Assembly (NCBI GenBank): GCA_016871995.1
Contig: VHBL01000003.1
Span: 30,001-62,000 of the forward strand
Length of the DNA stretch: 32,000 nucleotides
From: Nitrososphaerota archaeon
GTDB taxonomy: Archaea > Thermoproteota > Nitrososphaeria > Nitrososphaerales > UBA57
Direction of reading: 5' to 3'
Shown in pieces: positions 1 through 6,824 of this stretch. Within the stretch, counting starts at the first letter, position 1. Every line of letters begins with the position of its first letter. The position numbers were made by a program, and so were the translations under genes. The notes beneath the pieces are model-generated. The model saw only the letters and a program-made list of their open reading frames with translations, was not told the origin of the DNA and did no database searches.

Positions 1-125
1 ACATGATATTCCTTACAGCTGCTATAATTTCACTTACATCAGTTGTCCTTGCATTGACATTAAGCAGAAGGAAAGTTGCTCCAATTCCTGCTGGTAGTGG
101 TCACACAATGCCTACAAGTTCCTAG
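1..125 (+). CDS. 3' end of an unidentified membrane-anchored protein (partial, runs off the window start)
   Basis: The frame opening at nt 3 reads ...IFLTAAIISLTSVVLALTLSRRKVAPIPAGSGHTMPTSS* with TAG at 123-125. That is one hydrophobic helix followed by SRRK, the same tail architecture as the C-terminus of the 17848-20178 protein (...ILFSRRKKA*). It is absent from the ORF track because it is under 60 aa inside the window. Confidence 0.35.
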   Translation, partial: MIFLTAAIISLTSVVLALTLSRRKVAPIPAGSGHTMPTSS

Positions 126-127
126 TG

Positions 128-400
128 CTACTCTTCGTCTTCTTCCTCTTCGATCTTAACAGACAGCACCTTGATGGTATCTCCGTCTACGGAAATTCTA
201 TGGTCTTCCCTGCTCTTGTTTACATGAAGGAACCTCTTCAGATAAGTCTTGACATCAGATTTCCTGACCTCTCCTTCAACCGAAACCTTATCGTCCGATG
301 CAGAGGATTTTATCCCAGCCTTTTCTTCGAGAAACTTCACTAGGTCTGCTGACTTGTCCTTGAGGTCGCCGAGCTGTATCTCCATGGCTTTATTCGCCAT
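128..400 (-). CDS. small protein with acidic tail, resembles eukaryotic ribosomal protein eL22 (L22e)
   Basis: 90-aa ORF. By eye, KSADLVKFLEEKAGIK aligns with eL22 DAANFEQFLQERIKVN. VKTYLKRFLHVNKSREDHRISV aligns with [22 protein letters not shown]. The terminal IEEEEDEE matches the eL22 EEEEEDED tail. The antisense ORF 125-343 is a shadow. Confidence 0.6.
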   Translation of the reverse strand: MANKAMEIQLGDLKDKSADLVKFLEEKAGIKSSASDDKVSVEGEVRKSDVKTYLKRFLHVNKSREDHRISVDGDTIKVLSVKIEEEEDEE

Positions 401-680
401 AGTTTTCGCATTATAACCATTTCCTAGCTTAAAGTAGTATACTCTACCAACCGGGATAATTGTGTTGCAACAACGTATAAGATGTATGAGGGATGGTCAC
501 TTTTTCACACGTAGGATATATTTTGTTAGTAATTTTTGAGTTCAAGTAGGTAGGGGGCTCATTATACAAGCAAGCTTTTCAGCAGATTAGTCAATAGCAA
601 TGACCTAAAAATATTTTACAAAAGAGCTGTAATAAAAACAGCCGAACAGTTGATAAGTCTCCTAGTACTATTATCAGGTA

Positions 681-1130
681 ATGCCCCTGCAGGACAACTA
701 TTCTCGGATGTACCATCTGATAGTTTCCGCGCACGGAGATGGTCTGTCGCAAAGAACCCTGCTGGACATGATGAAACTCAGGAGCAACCAAGTTTCCAAA
801 ATAGCCCTTAAACTAGAAAGGAGCGGCCTAGTGAAGAGGGAGAAGGCCCTTGAAGATGGGAGATGGACATACATTCTGAAAGCGGTCGATGCGATTAGCC
901 TCGGGCCCTACGAATCTATGCCATGTATAACCTGCCCCTACGAAGATAAATGTAGGCCTGACGGTATAATATCTCCGCAGATCTGCGCCCTTGAAACCTA
1001 TCAAAGAGGAATAGCACAGTGGGTGCTTGAAGAATTTGAGGGGGAGAAGAAGATCAGAACCATGCAAAAGGCTGTTGTAGAAGTAGCTCAGAAAGATGCA
1101 AAGAAAAACATTAAAATTTCAAATCGATAG
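681..1130 (+). CDS. winged-helix protein with a C-terminal 4-Cys cluster, TFE-beta / RNA polymerase III RPC34-like
   Basis: The N-terminal wHTH-like segment is LSQRTLLDMMKLRSNQVSKIALKLERSGLVKRE...WTYILK. It is followed by PCITCPYEDKCRPDGIISPQIC (C-x2-C-x5-C-x10-C). This matches the WH plus FeS-cluster architecture described for archaeal TFE-beta/RPC34 orthologues. Confidence 0.5.
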   Translation: MPLQDNYSRMYHLIVSAHGDGLSQRTLLDMMKLRSNQVSKIALKLERSGLVKREKALEDGRWTYILKAVDAISLGPYESMPCITCPYEDKCRPDGIISPQICALETYQRGIAQWVLEEFEGEKKIRTMQKAVVEVAQKDAKKNIKISNR

Positions 1131-1173
1131 CAAAAAGGTGCAGTTTTTATCTAACTTATTGCATATTATATCC

Positions 1174-1302
1174 ATGGCTCAAGAATCTATCTCCCGATGC
1201 AAAGACTGCGGGGAGGAGATAATCTGGATACGTACAGAACTGGGCAGGTTTGTACCATTTAACCTGTCTGGAACAATACACATCTGCCCAGCAAAGAAAT
1301 GA
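1174..1302 (+). CDS. small putative zinc-binding protein (42 aa)
   Basis: The internal ATG at 1174 of track ORF 1096-1302 gives MAQESISRCKDCGEEIIWIRTELGRFVPFNLSGTIHICPAKK, with CxxC...HxC. Starting here avoids overlap with the upstream gene. No family recognised. Confidence 0.35.
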   Translation: MAQESISRCKDCGEEIIWIRTELGRFVPFNLSGTIHICPAKK

Positions 1303-1418
1303 TTCGACGATTGCCGAAGGTATAAGGGCACAGAGCTAACCTTTAATCCCAGGAATTATACTACATGTCATGAGTACAGTGAGAAAATACTCTGCTGTAT
1401 CAAAAAGGAGGCAAACCT

Positions 1419-1649
1419 GTGCCTAAAGCTTTCGTTCTAGTTACGTCTGAGCTAGGAAAAGAAGGTGAGGTACTGGAAAGCTTGAAGAAGATTCAGGGGA
1501 TAAAGGAAGCGCACAACCTTTACGGGGTATACGATGTGATAGCACAAATAGAATGCGCTAACGAAGCCGATCTCCGGAATATCGTTACTAACAGGATACG
1601 GAACGTTGGCAACGTAAGAACAACAATGACCTTGATGGTTGCAGAGTAA
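1419..1649 (+). CDS. stand-alone Lrp/AsnC-type ligand-binding (RAM) domain protein
   Basis: 76 aa. AFVLVTSELGKEGEVLESLKKIQGIKEAHNLYGVYDVIAQIE...VRTTMTLMV is the typical beta-alpha-beta-beta-alpha-beta RAM-domain pattern. GTG start, with GGAGG at 1407-1411, 7 nt upstream. Confidence 0.75.
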   Translation: MPKAFVLVTSELGKEGEVLESLKKIQGIKEAHNLYGVYDVIAQIECANEADLRNIVTNRIRNVGNVRTTMTLMVAE

Positions 1650-1699
1650 TTTTTGGGCCTTACTGCAACGTTTTTCATTTAACGTTTCTAACACAATGC

Positions 1700-2434
1700 G
1701 TGCGACATAGAAGCCTCGGACAGCATTTCATTGATGATGAAGAAATCCTGAAGAGAATGGTTGCACTAGCACAGATACAGCATAGTGACAGAGTTCTTGA
1801 AATAGGCGCTGGCAAAGGTTCACTTACAAAAGAGCTCTGCAGAACTGGGGCAAAGGTAACATCTTATGAGATAGATAGGAGGTTGTTTCCAGAACTGGAA
1901 TCTAAATTCGTCAATATTAGCAATGTACGATTGATAAATGGTGACGCTTTCAAAAGGGATATCATCTTTGATGTTTTAGTAGCAAACCTGCCATACTCTA
2001 GATCTGAAGAATTTATCAAATGGCTCGTATTCAGGGATTTTAGAATCGTTGTAGTCATGCTGCAAAGTGATTTTATCAATAAAATACTGTCCCGGTCTGG
2101 AAAGAACTATAGGGCAGTTTCCGTGATAGCGCAATACTGCTTCTCAATTGAAAGAGTGATGGAGGTTCCAGCATACCGGTTTAAGCCACCACCAAAAGTT
2201 TCTTCGAATGTCGTTATAATCAAAAGAAAACCAGTTGCTCCAACAAAAGGCGAGATAAACGCACTGAAGTATCTATGGTCTTTCAAGGGCAAAACGATTG
2301 CTTCAGCCCTCAAGGCTCTTGAAAAGAAGACCGGTAAATACCTAGCAATATCAGAAGTTCCAGAGAAAAGGATTACAGATTTATCGCCAGAGGAAGCGTT
2401 CAAGGTTGTCGGAATAATTGAACAAGCGAATTAA
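1700..2434 (+). CDS. ksgA: 16S rRNA (adenine-N6,N6)-dimethyltransferase KsgA/RsmA/Dim1
   Basis: SLGQHFIDDEEIL, SAM motif EIGAGKGSLT and catalytic NLPY. Length 244 aa. GTG start. Confidence 0.9.
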   Translation: MRHRSLGQHFIDDEEILKRMVALAQIQHSDRVLEIGAGKGSLTKELCRTGAKVTSYEIDRRLFPELESKFVNISNVRLINGDAFKRDIIFDVLVANLPYSRSEEFIKWLVFRDFRIVVVMLQSDFINKILSRSGKNYRAVSVIAQYCFSIERVMEVPAYRFKPPPKVSSNVVIIKRKPVAPTKGEINALKYLWSFKGKTIASALKALEKKTGKYLAISEVPEKRITDLSPEEAFKVVGIIEQAN

Positions 2435-2972
2435 TTCAGAAACATACAGAGCTGCAGAAGATTCCTTTCTGCTAGCAGATGCACTAGAGGGGCAGCACTA
2501 TGATAACGCTGTTGAAATTGGCGTGGGAGAAGGTTTTGTGACCACAGCACTTGCACGGAATTGCAAGAATGTTGTAGGAACTGATATTGACATTAATGCA
2601 ATGAAGAAAACTAGAGAGAGGCTCCTTAGAGGAGGTTTGACAGAAAAAGTCAATCTGATACTCTGCGACGGTGCAAGCCCTCTCTTTGGTAAATTTGATT
2701 CATGCGTCTTTAACCCTCCATACTTGCCTAGTGATGTGGATGACATTGCTGTCGCAGGAGGAAAAGAAGGTATTGAAACCACGACCAAATGGTTCGATCA
2801 ATGCATCCAGCTGCTAAAGCCTGATGGCAGCATAATATTTGTCGCATCCAGTTTATCGAACCTGAGTAGTCTTTTAAAACATGTTCAGAAAAAAGGATTT
2901 CATGCTAACATCTTAGCAAGGAAGAAGTTCTTCTTTGAGGAGATTATCCTCATGCAGGCAAAGCGTGGTTAG
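2418..2972 (+). CDS. HemK/Mtq2-like N5-glutamine (release-factor) methyltransferase family protein
   Basis: YRAAEDSFLLAD N-terminus, SAM motif EIGVGEGFVT and motif IV FNPPYLPS. TTG start overlapping the ksgA end by 17 nt. Confidence 0.8.
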   Translation: MNKRINSETYRAAEDSFLLADALEGQHYDNAVEIGVGEGFVTTALARNCKNVVGTDIDINAMKKTRERLLRGGLTEKVNLILCDGASPLFGKFDSCVFNPPYLPSDVDDIAVAGGKEGIETTTKWFDQCIQLLKPDGSIIFVASSLSNLSSLLKHVQKKGFHANILARKKFFFEEIILMQAKRG

Positions 2973-2974
2973 TC

Positions 2975-3712
2975 GTGCAGATTAGTATAGCGCTCGTAGA
3001 ACCCAGCTACCCGATAAACGTAGGATATGCTGCACGAGTTATCAAAAATTTCGGATACAAGAAACTTATTCTAGTCAATCCAAAGTTTGACATGCAAGCA
3101 GCATGGAAATTTGCTTCCCACGCTGTAGACATTCTGAAATGTGCTGAGGAGTGTGCCTTTGATGAATTGATCAAAAAGGAAGATTACGTTGTAGGCACAA
3201 CAGCAATTTCAGCAAAGAGAGAAGGTAATCTTACTCGCCAAACAGTACCTCCATGGGAAATAATCAATATGGTGAGCGGAAACAAAATCTGTCTTGTATT
3301 CGGTAGGGATACAACAGGACTAACGAATGAAGAAATAACTAAATGCGACCTAATTGTCAAAATTCCTGCAAGCAGAAAATACCCAACACTGAACATTAGT
3401 CATGCAATAGCCATAATCCTTTACGAAATCTCAAAATCCACCTTGAAAAACAAGCCATTTACCCCAAGAGTCTCAGTTGACAAAATAGCTGCAGACTTTA
3501 CTGAACTTGCACTTATTGCAGGCGTTCAAGAGTACAAAGTCAAGATCATGAAAGAGGCTCTGCGTAGAATTCTGCGTAGGAGCAAGCCTACTCAGCGGGA
3601 ATCTTCGTTACTTGTGGGCCTCCCAAGAAAGATAAAACTCGCACTGGAAAAGCCAGAAGTTATTCGTTTGGACAGGTTCAAGGCTTCTCCAAAAGAAGAA
3701 TTCCGCGAATAA
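2975..3712 (+). CDS. SpoU/TrmH-family RNA 2'-O-methyltransferase, TrmJ-like
   Basis: ISIALVEPSYPINVGYAARVIKNFGY resembles the TrmJ N-terminus. LVFGRDTTGL and LNISHAIAIILYE are the knot motifs of SPOUT methyltransferases. GTG start 2 nt after the upstream stop. Confidence 0.8.
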   Translation: MQISIALVEPSYPINVGYAARVIKNFGYKKLILVNPKFDMQAAWKFASHAVDILKCAEECAFDELIKKEDYVVGTTAISAKREGNLTRQTVPPWEIINMVSGNKICLVFGRDTTGLTNEEITKCDLIVKIPASRKYPTLNISHAIAIILYEISKSTLKNKPFTPRVSVDKIAADFTELALIAGVQEYKVKIMKEALRRILRRSKPTQRESSLLVGLPRKIKLALEKPEVIRLDRFKASPKEEFRE

Positions 3713-4868
3713 CTTTTTGCTCTTGGGTATATCGAGCTAATATTGGGAAAGTAAAACTCTCGAGTCTCACCATCTGGAGATTAATTCCCTCGAGTAATTG
3801 CTGGATATCGAAACCAGCCTTTTTTCTTGTAGATAGACGGATATAGGGAACTACCAGAGCAATTTTTGCACCTCTCCTCAAAACATATTCCGCACCTTTT
3901 AGGAACTCCCTGTATATCTTGAAAGAGTCAAGTAGCATGTCTTTAGCTTCTTCTTCGGATGGAAACCTTGCTAGAGCCGGAAGGAGTACAGGTTCCGTAG
4001 CTATAGCATCAATAGTCTCCCTACCAAGAAAAAACAGATTTCTTGCGTCAGCACGTTGAAATCTAGTATGGATGTTTTTTGGTATTCTGCCAGTGTTTCT
4101 TAACCAATTGATGTTCTGAATTGCACCCTTGATTTTCTGCGAATCCTTGTCAAATCCCATTACATCTATGTTCAAGATTGCAGCTTCCATTAGTATAGTG
4201 CCTGTCCCGCAGAAGGGATCCAGCAACGTTTGCCCTTCATTCAGCATGGTCATATTGACAAGCATCCTAGCGATTCTTGGAGGGAGACTTATCGTTGAGT
4301 TCTGATATGGTCTCTTCAAGTCCCTCTCCTGAAACGTTGCACTTGGTATCGTCGCTGTTGTTATAGCTAGAAATAATGCATTCTTTGATTTCAGGAGCTG
4401 GACGTCAATTACATCATTTTCTGTGACTATGCCTGAAGACAGCTCACGTATGCCTTCATTAACGCTTGTAATGTCAGGTAGAACCTTCTTTGCCTTGCGT
4501 GCTCCAGCCTCCCTAACCTTTTTTCCAACTATGTTCTGAACATCTTGCACAAAATCAACACCAATGCCGTTGTTGATCCCATAGAGGCTTAACCCCCAAG
4601 ACGCTTTCTCATCAAGCCATTCAAACATCTTTGCTCTATAGAGTTTTTCTATGAATGAGTTTTCATCTTGTGCCGTTGATACTATTTTACCTATTTTGAA
4701 TGAGCCTCCAAGATATTTCACGATCCTATCCACATCATCAGTTTCTACTATGCAGAAACTATTTTCAAAATATTCTACCGTATGTTCTACTCTTAACTTC
4801 CCCAGAACCGTCATAAGTTCTAGCCTTGACAATTCTCCATTAGCAAATATCACAGAGAACTTTCCCAT
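3678..4868 (-). CDS. Trm11/Trm-G10 (COG1041)-like putative RNA methyltransferase with a divergent motif IV
   Basis: SLPPRIARMLVNMT and LLDPFCGTGTILMEAA are the family hallmarks. The position normally holding D-P-P-Y reads T-E-P-V-L (nt 3984-3998). Its 3' end overlaps the convergent TrmJ-like gene by 35 nt. Confidence 0.7.
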   Translation of the reverse strand: MGKFSVIFANGELSRLELMTVLGKLRVEHTVEYFENSFCIVETDDVDRIVKYLGGSFKIGKIVSTAQDENSFIEKLYRAKMFEWLDEKASWGLSLYGINNGIGVDFVQDVQNIVGKKVREAGARKAKKVLPDITSVNEGIRELSSGIVTENDVIDVQLLKSKNALFLAITTATIPSATFQERDLKRPYQNSTISLPPRIARMLVNMTMLNEGQTLLDPFCGTGTILMEAAILNIDVMGFDKDSQKIKGAIQNINWLRNTGRIPKNIHTRFQRADARNLFFLGRETIDAIATEPVLLPALARFPSEEEAKDMLLDSFKIYREFLKGAEYVLRRGAKIALVVPYIRLSTRKKAGFDIQQLLEGINLQMVRLESFTFPILARYTQEQKVIRGILLLEKP

Positions 4869-5063
4869 TGTCTATTTTGCCCACTATGCACGAATCAAGG
4901 GTTATGATAACTCTTCGCGTGCACACAACTTATGAGTTAACAGCAAACAACTAAACGGTCAGTTAATTTGTCATCCTAAATCTTAGTCATGGCCTTAAGA
5001 GCAATGGTCCAGTTGACTTGATCACCTTGTTATCATCATGCCAGTATTTTCTCCTTGAATAAC

Positions 5064-5097
5064 CTGACCAATATGGTGGCGGGCCCCACCAGGTCAG
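5064..5097. other. nested GC-rich hairpin in a 387-nt divergent intergenic region
   Basis: CTGACC(5064-69)...GGTGG(5075-79) cgggcc CCACC(5086-90) a GGTCAG(5092-97). A related GC-rich word, GGCGGGGCTACCAC, recurs at ~5145-5158. Confidence 0.3.
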
Positions 5098-5318
5098 CCA
5101 AAATATTGGCAATCACGCTATAGAACCAAAAACATTGTATCTGGGCGGGGCTACCACTTTTAACCTTTGAAAATCTCTTCGACAAAAGGCTAATCTAACA
5201 TATTTGATGCTCTGACTTATATCAAAGGACATTAAAACGCGCATAGTGCAGAATATTGTGGCCGGAACACTTCACCCGCAGTGACCTCAAGCAAGTACAG
5301 TCCAGCGGAGGATATGTT

Positions 5319-5753
5319 ATGACCAAAGAGGGCACCATAGTGAACCCTCGAAGCGTCCACAGGCATCTGGTTTTAGCAGTGGAGGAGCTGGGATACATGA
5401 TCAGGTCTAGCCAGGACGAAAGCTTCACAATTCAGAAGGAAGCGTTGGGAGAATCTACGGGCACATTGACTTCTAGAATAGGCGGAGTCAAGAATACAGA
5501 AGGTGCGGGCTACATATCCTATGGGTACGTCAGCCGCATCGTGATGGCAGTTCTTACAGTCGTAGCTGTGATAGGGCTCGCTCTCAGCCCCTTTGGCCTG
5601 CTAGTCACAGCCGCTGTAGCGCCAGTAGGCTATTTAGTGTGGAAAAGATCTCTCAAGACTGTCAAGTTCAAGGTTCTGCAGCAGAGCAGGCATCCTTATC
5701 GAGGGAGAGGTTACCGAGAAAAAGTCTCAGAAAAAGTCTGCACAAGTTGCTGA
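5319..5753 (+). CDS. hypothetical membrane protein, probably the 5' part of a frame-interrupted gene
   Basis: ATG at 5319 is preceded by GGAGGA (5306-5311). It encodes a soluble N-domain and then a long hydrophobic stretch (IVMAVLTVVAVIGLALSPFGLLVTAAVAPVGYLVW). The last ~20 codons (RHPYRGRGYREKVSEKVCTSC) look non-native, while the +1 frame looks coding from ~5690. Confidence 0.5.
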   Translation: MTKEGTIVNPRSVHRHLVLAVEELGYMIRSSQDESFTIQKEALGESTGTLTSRIGGVKNTEGAGYISYGYVSRIVMAVLTVVAVIGLALSPFGLLVTAAVAPVGYLVWKRSLKTVKFKVLQQSRHPYRGRGYREKVSEKVCTSC

Positions 5754-5802
5754 GCTTGTTGCACAGACAACGATTACAGTTGCAGGAATTGTTAGCATAT
5801 CT

Positions 5803-6108
5803 GTGGCTGGAGATATTGACAAGGTTACAAAAAAGGCGATTCTGCAGAAAGCTCCTAACGCTTTTGAAGTCCATCCTTATGAAAAATCCAAACTGCAAGG
5901 GTTTCTTGACGATATGACAAAAAGATATGCAGAAATAGAGTTCGGAACCATCGCCAGTGATGTCGAAACCCTACTCTCTAAGGTAGAAACTTCTGGCAAG
6001 AAGAAAGCTGCAGAGCAACCTGCACAACAACCTGCACAACCAGAACCCGCTCCACAGCCATCCCAAAGCGTTCCATCAGATACGCCAAAAGATCAAGCGC
6101 AAAGCTGA
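5803..6108 (+). CDS. hypothetical protein with a PQ-rich tail, probably the 3' part of the 5319 gene
   Basis: The track ORF starts at GTG 5803. The same frame is open from 5638 and reads protein-like from ~5690 (AGILIEGEVTEKKSQKKSAQVAELVAQTTITVAGIVSISVAGDIDK...) with no canonical start. The C-terminus is AEQPAQQPAQPEPAPQPSQ. Confidence 0.5.
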   Translation: MAGDIDKVTKKAILQKAPNAFEVHPYEKSKLQGFLDDMTKRYAEIEFGTIASDVETLLSKVETSGKKKAAEQPAQQPAQPEPAPQPSQSVPSDTPKDQAQS

Positions 6109-6240
6109 CATCCCATTCCCAGAATTTGTGCCTATCCCAGATTTTAATCTATTTATAGGTACAACTCAGTAGCTTGATTCGTAGCAGAGCCTAGGCAATC
6201 TAGATCCAGACGAAATATTGCGATAGTCGCGGCTATCATC

Positions 6241-6807
6241 GTGATTGCTACTACTCTGGCTATCTATTTTGGACTTCCCAAACCGAATTCGGGGCAACCT
6301 GAATCTAAGTTAGGAATAAGCGTCCTAAACGATCCATCTGAAGATGTAGGAAAGAACTTAACGTTTTTAGATGTAACTTCTGCTAAGGTTGCTCTGTCGG
6401 GTGGTAATTTGTCATTCAGCGTCACGGTTGCTGGCCAGATACCACAATCGCCTACATCCTACGTTGCATTTGGCTGGTTTATTACGTCTGGAGTTACATC
6501 CATCGATCGCCCAATCATCGTCCTGATTTATGACCCTAGCGTTGGGCATTGGGTTGCTTCAGTCTTCGCAGGTAGACCTCCAAGCGAATCTACTAAAGGT
6601 CTCTCCTTTACCGTAGAAGGGAACACTGCCACGGTCTTCGTCTCACTGCAGACTTTGGACAATCCCTCGACTTTCACGTGGCATGTTGTTTCTCGTGACG
6701 CTCCTTTTGGTATAGGCTTAGGCATACGCGATCTTCCAGGCACGGGTACTGCAATTGATAGAGCACCCAATTCTGGCGACGTAAACTGGTGTGAGAATGA
6801 TTGTTAA
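6241..6807 (+). CDS. hypothetical secreted or membrane-anchored beta-rich protein
   Basis: 188 aa, rich in S/T/G/V with strand-like alternation, ending WCENDC. The frame is open upstream to 6178, encoding SRSRRNIAIVAAIIV ahead of the annotated GTG. The real signal-anchor is therefore probably longer than the track ORF. No family recognised. Confidence 0.6.
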   Translation: MIATTLAIYFGLPKPNSGQPESKLGISVLNDPSEDVGKNLTFLDVTSAKVALSGGNLSFSVTVAGQIPQSPTSYVAFGWFITSGVTSIDRPIIVLIYDPSVGHWVASVFAGRPPSESTKGLSFTVEGNTATVFVSLQTLDNPSTFTWHVVSRDAPFGIGLGIRDLPGTGTAIDRAPNSGDVNWCENDC

Positions 6808-6824
6808 TGATGAATTGATAGCGG

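Noticed and set aside
121-135. Exact 15-nt match, CCTAGTGCTACTCTT, shared with 22791-22805
   Set aside because: About one 15-mer match is expected by chance among all position pairs on both strands of a 32-kb window. The flanks diverge immediately and the two copies lie in unrelated contexts (a gene 3' end versus a weak ORF 5' end).
5639-5917. 92-aa plus-strand ORF overlapping both halves of the 5319-6108 locus
   Set aside because: Its Leu/Arg/Lys-rich composition (LLSLLHRQRLQLQELL...) is typical of an out-of-frame read-through. The other two frames carry the protein-like signal.
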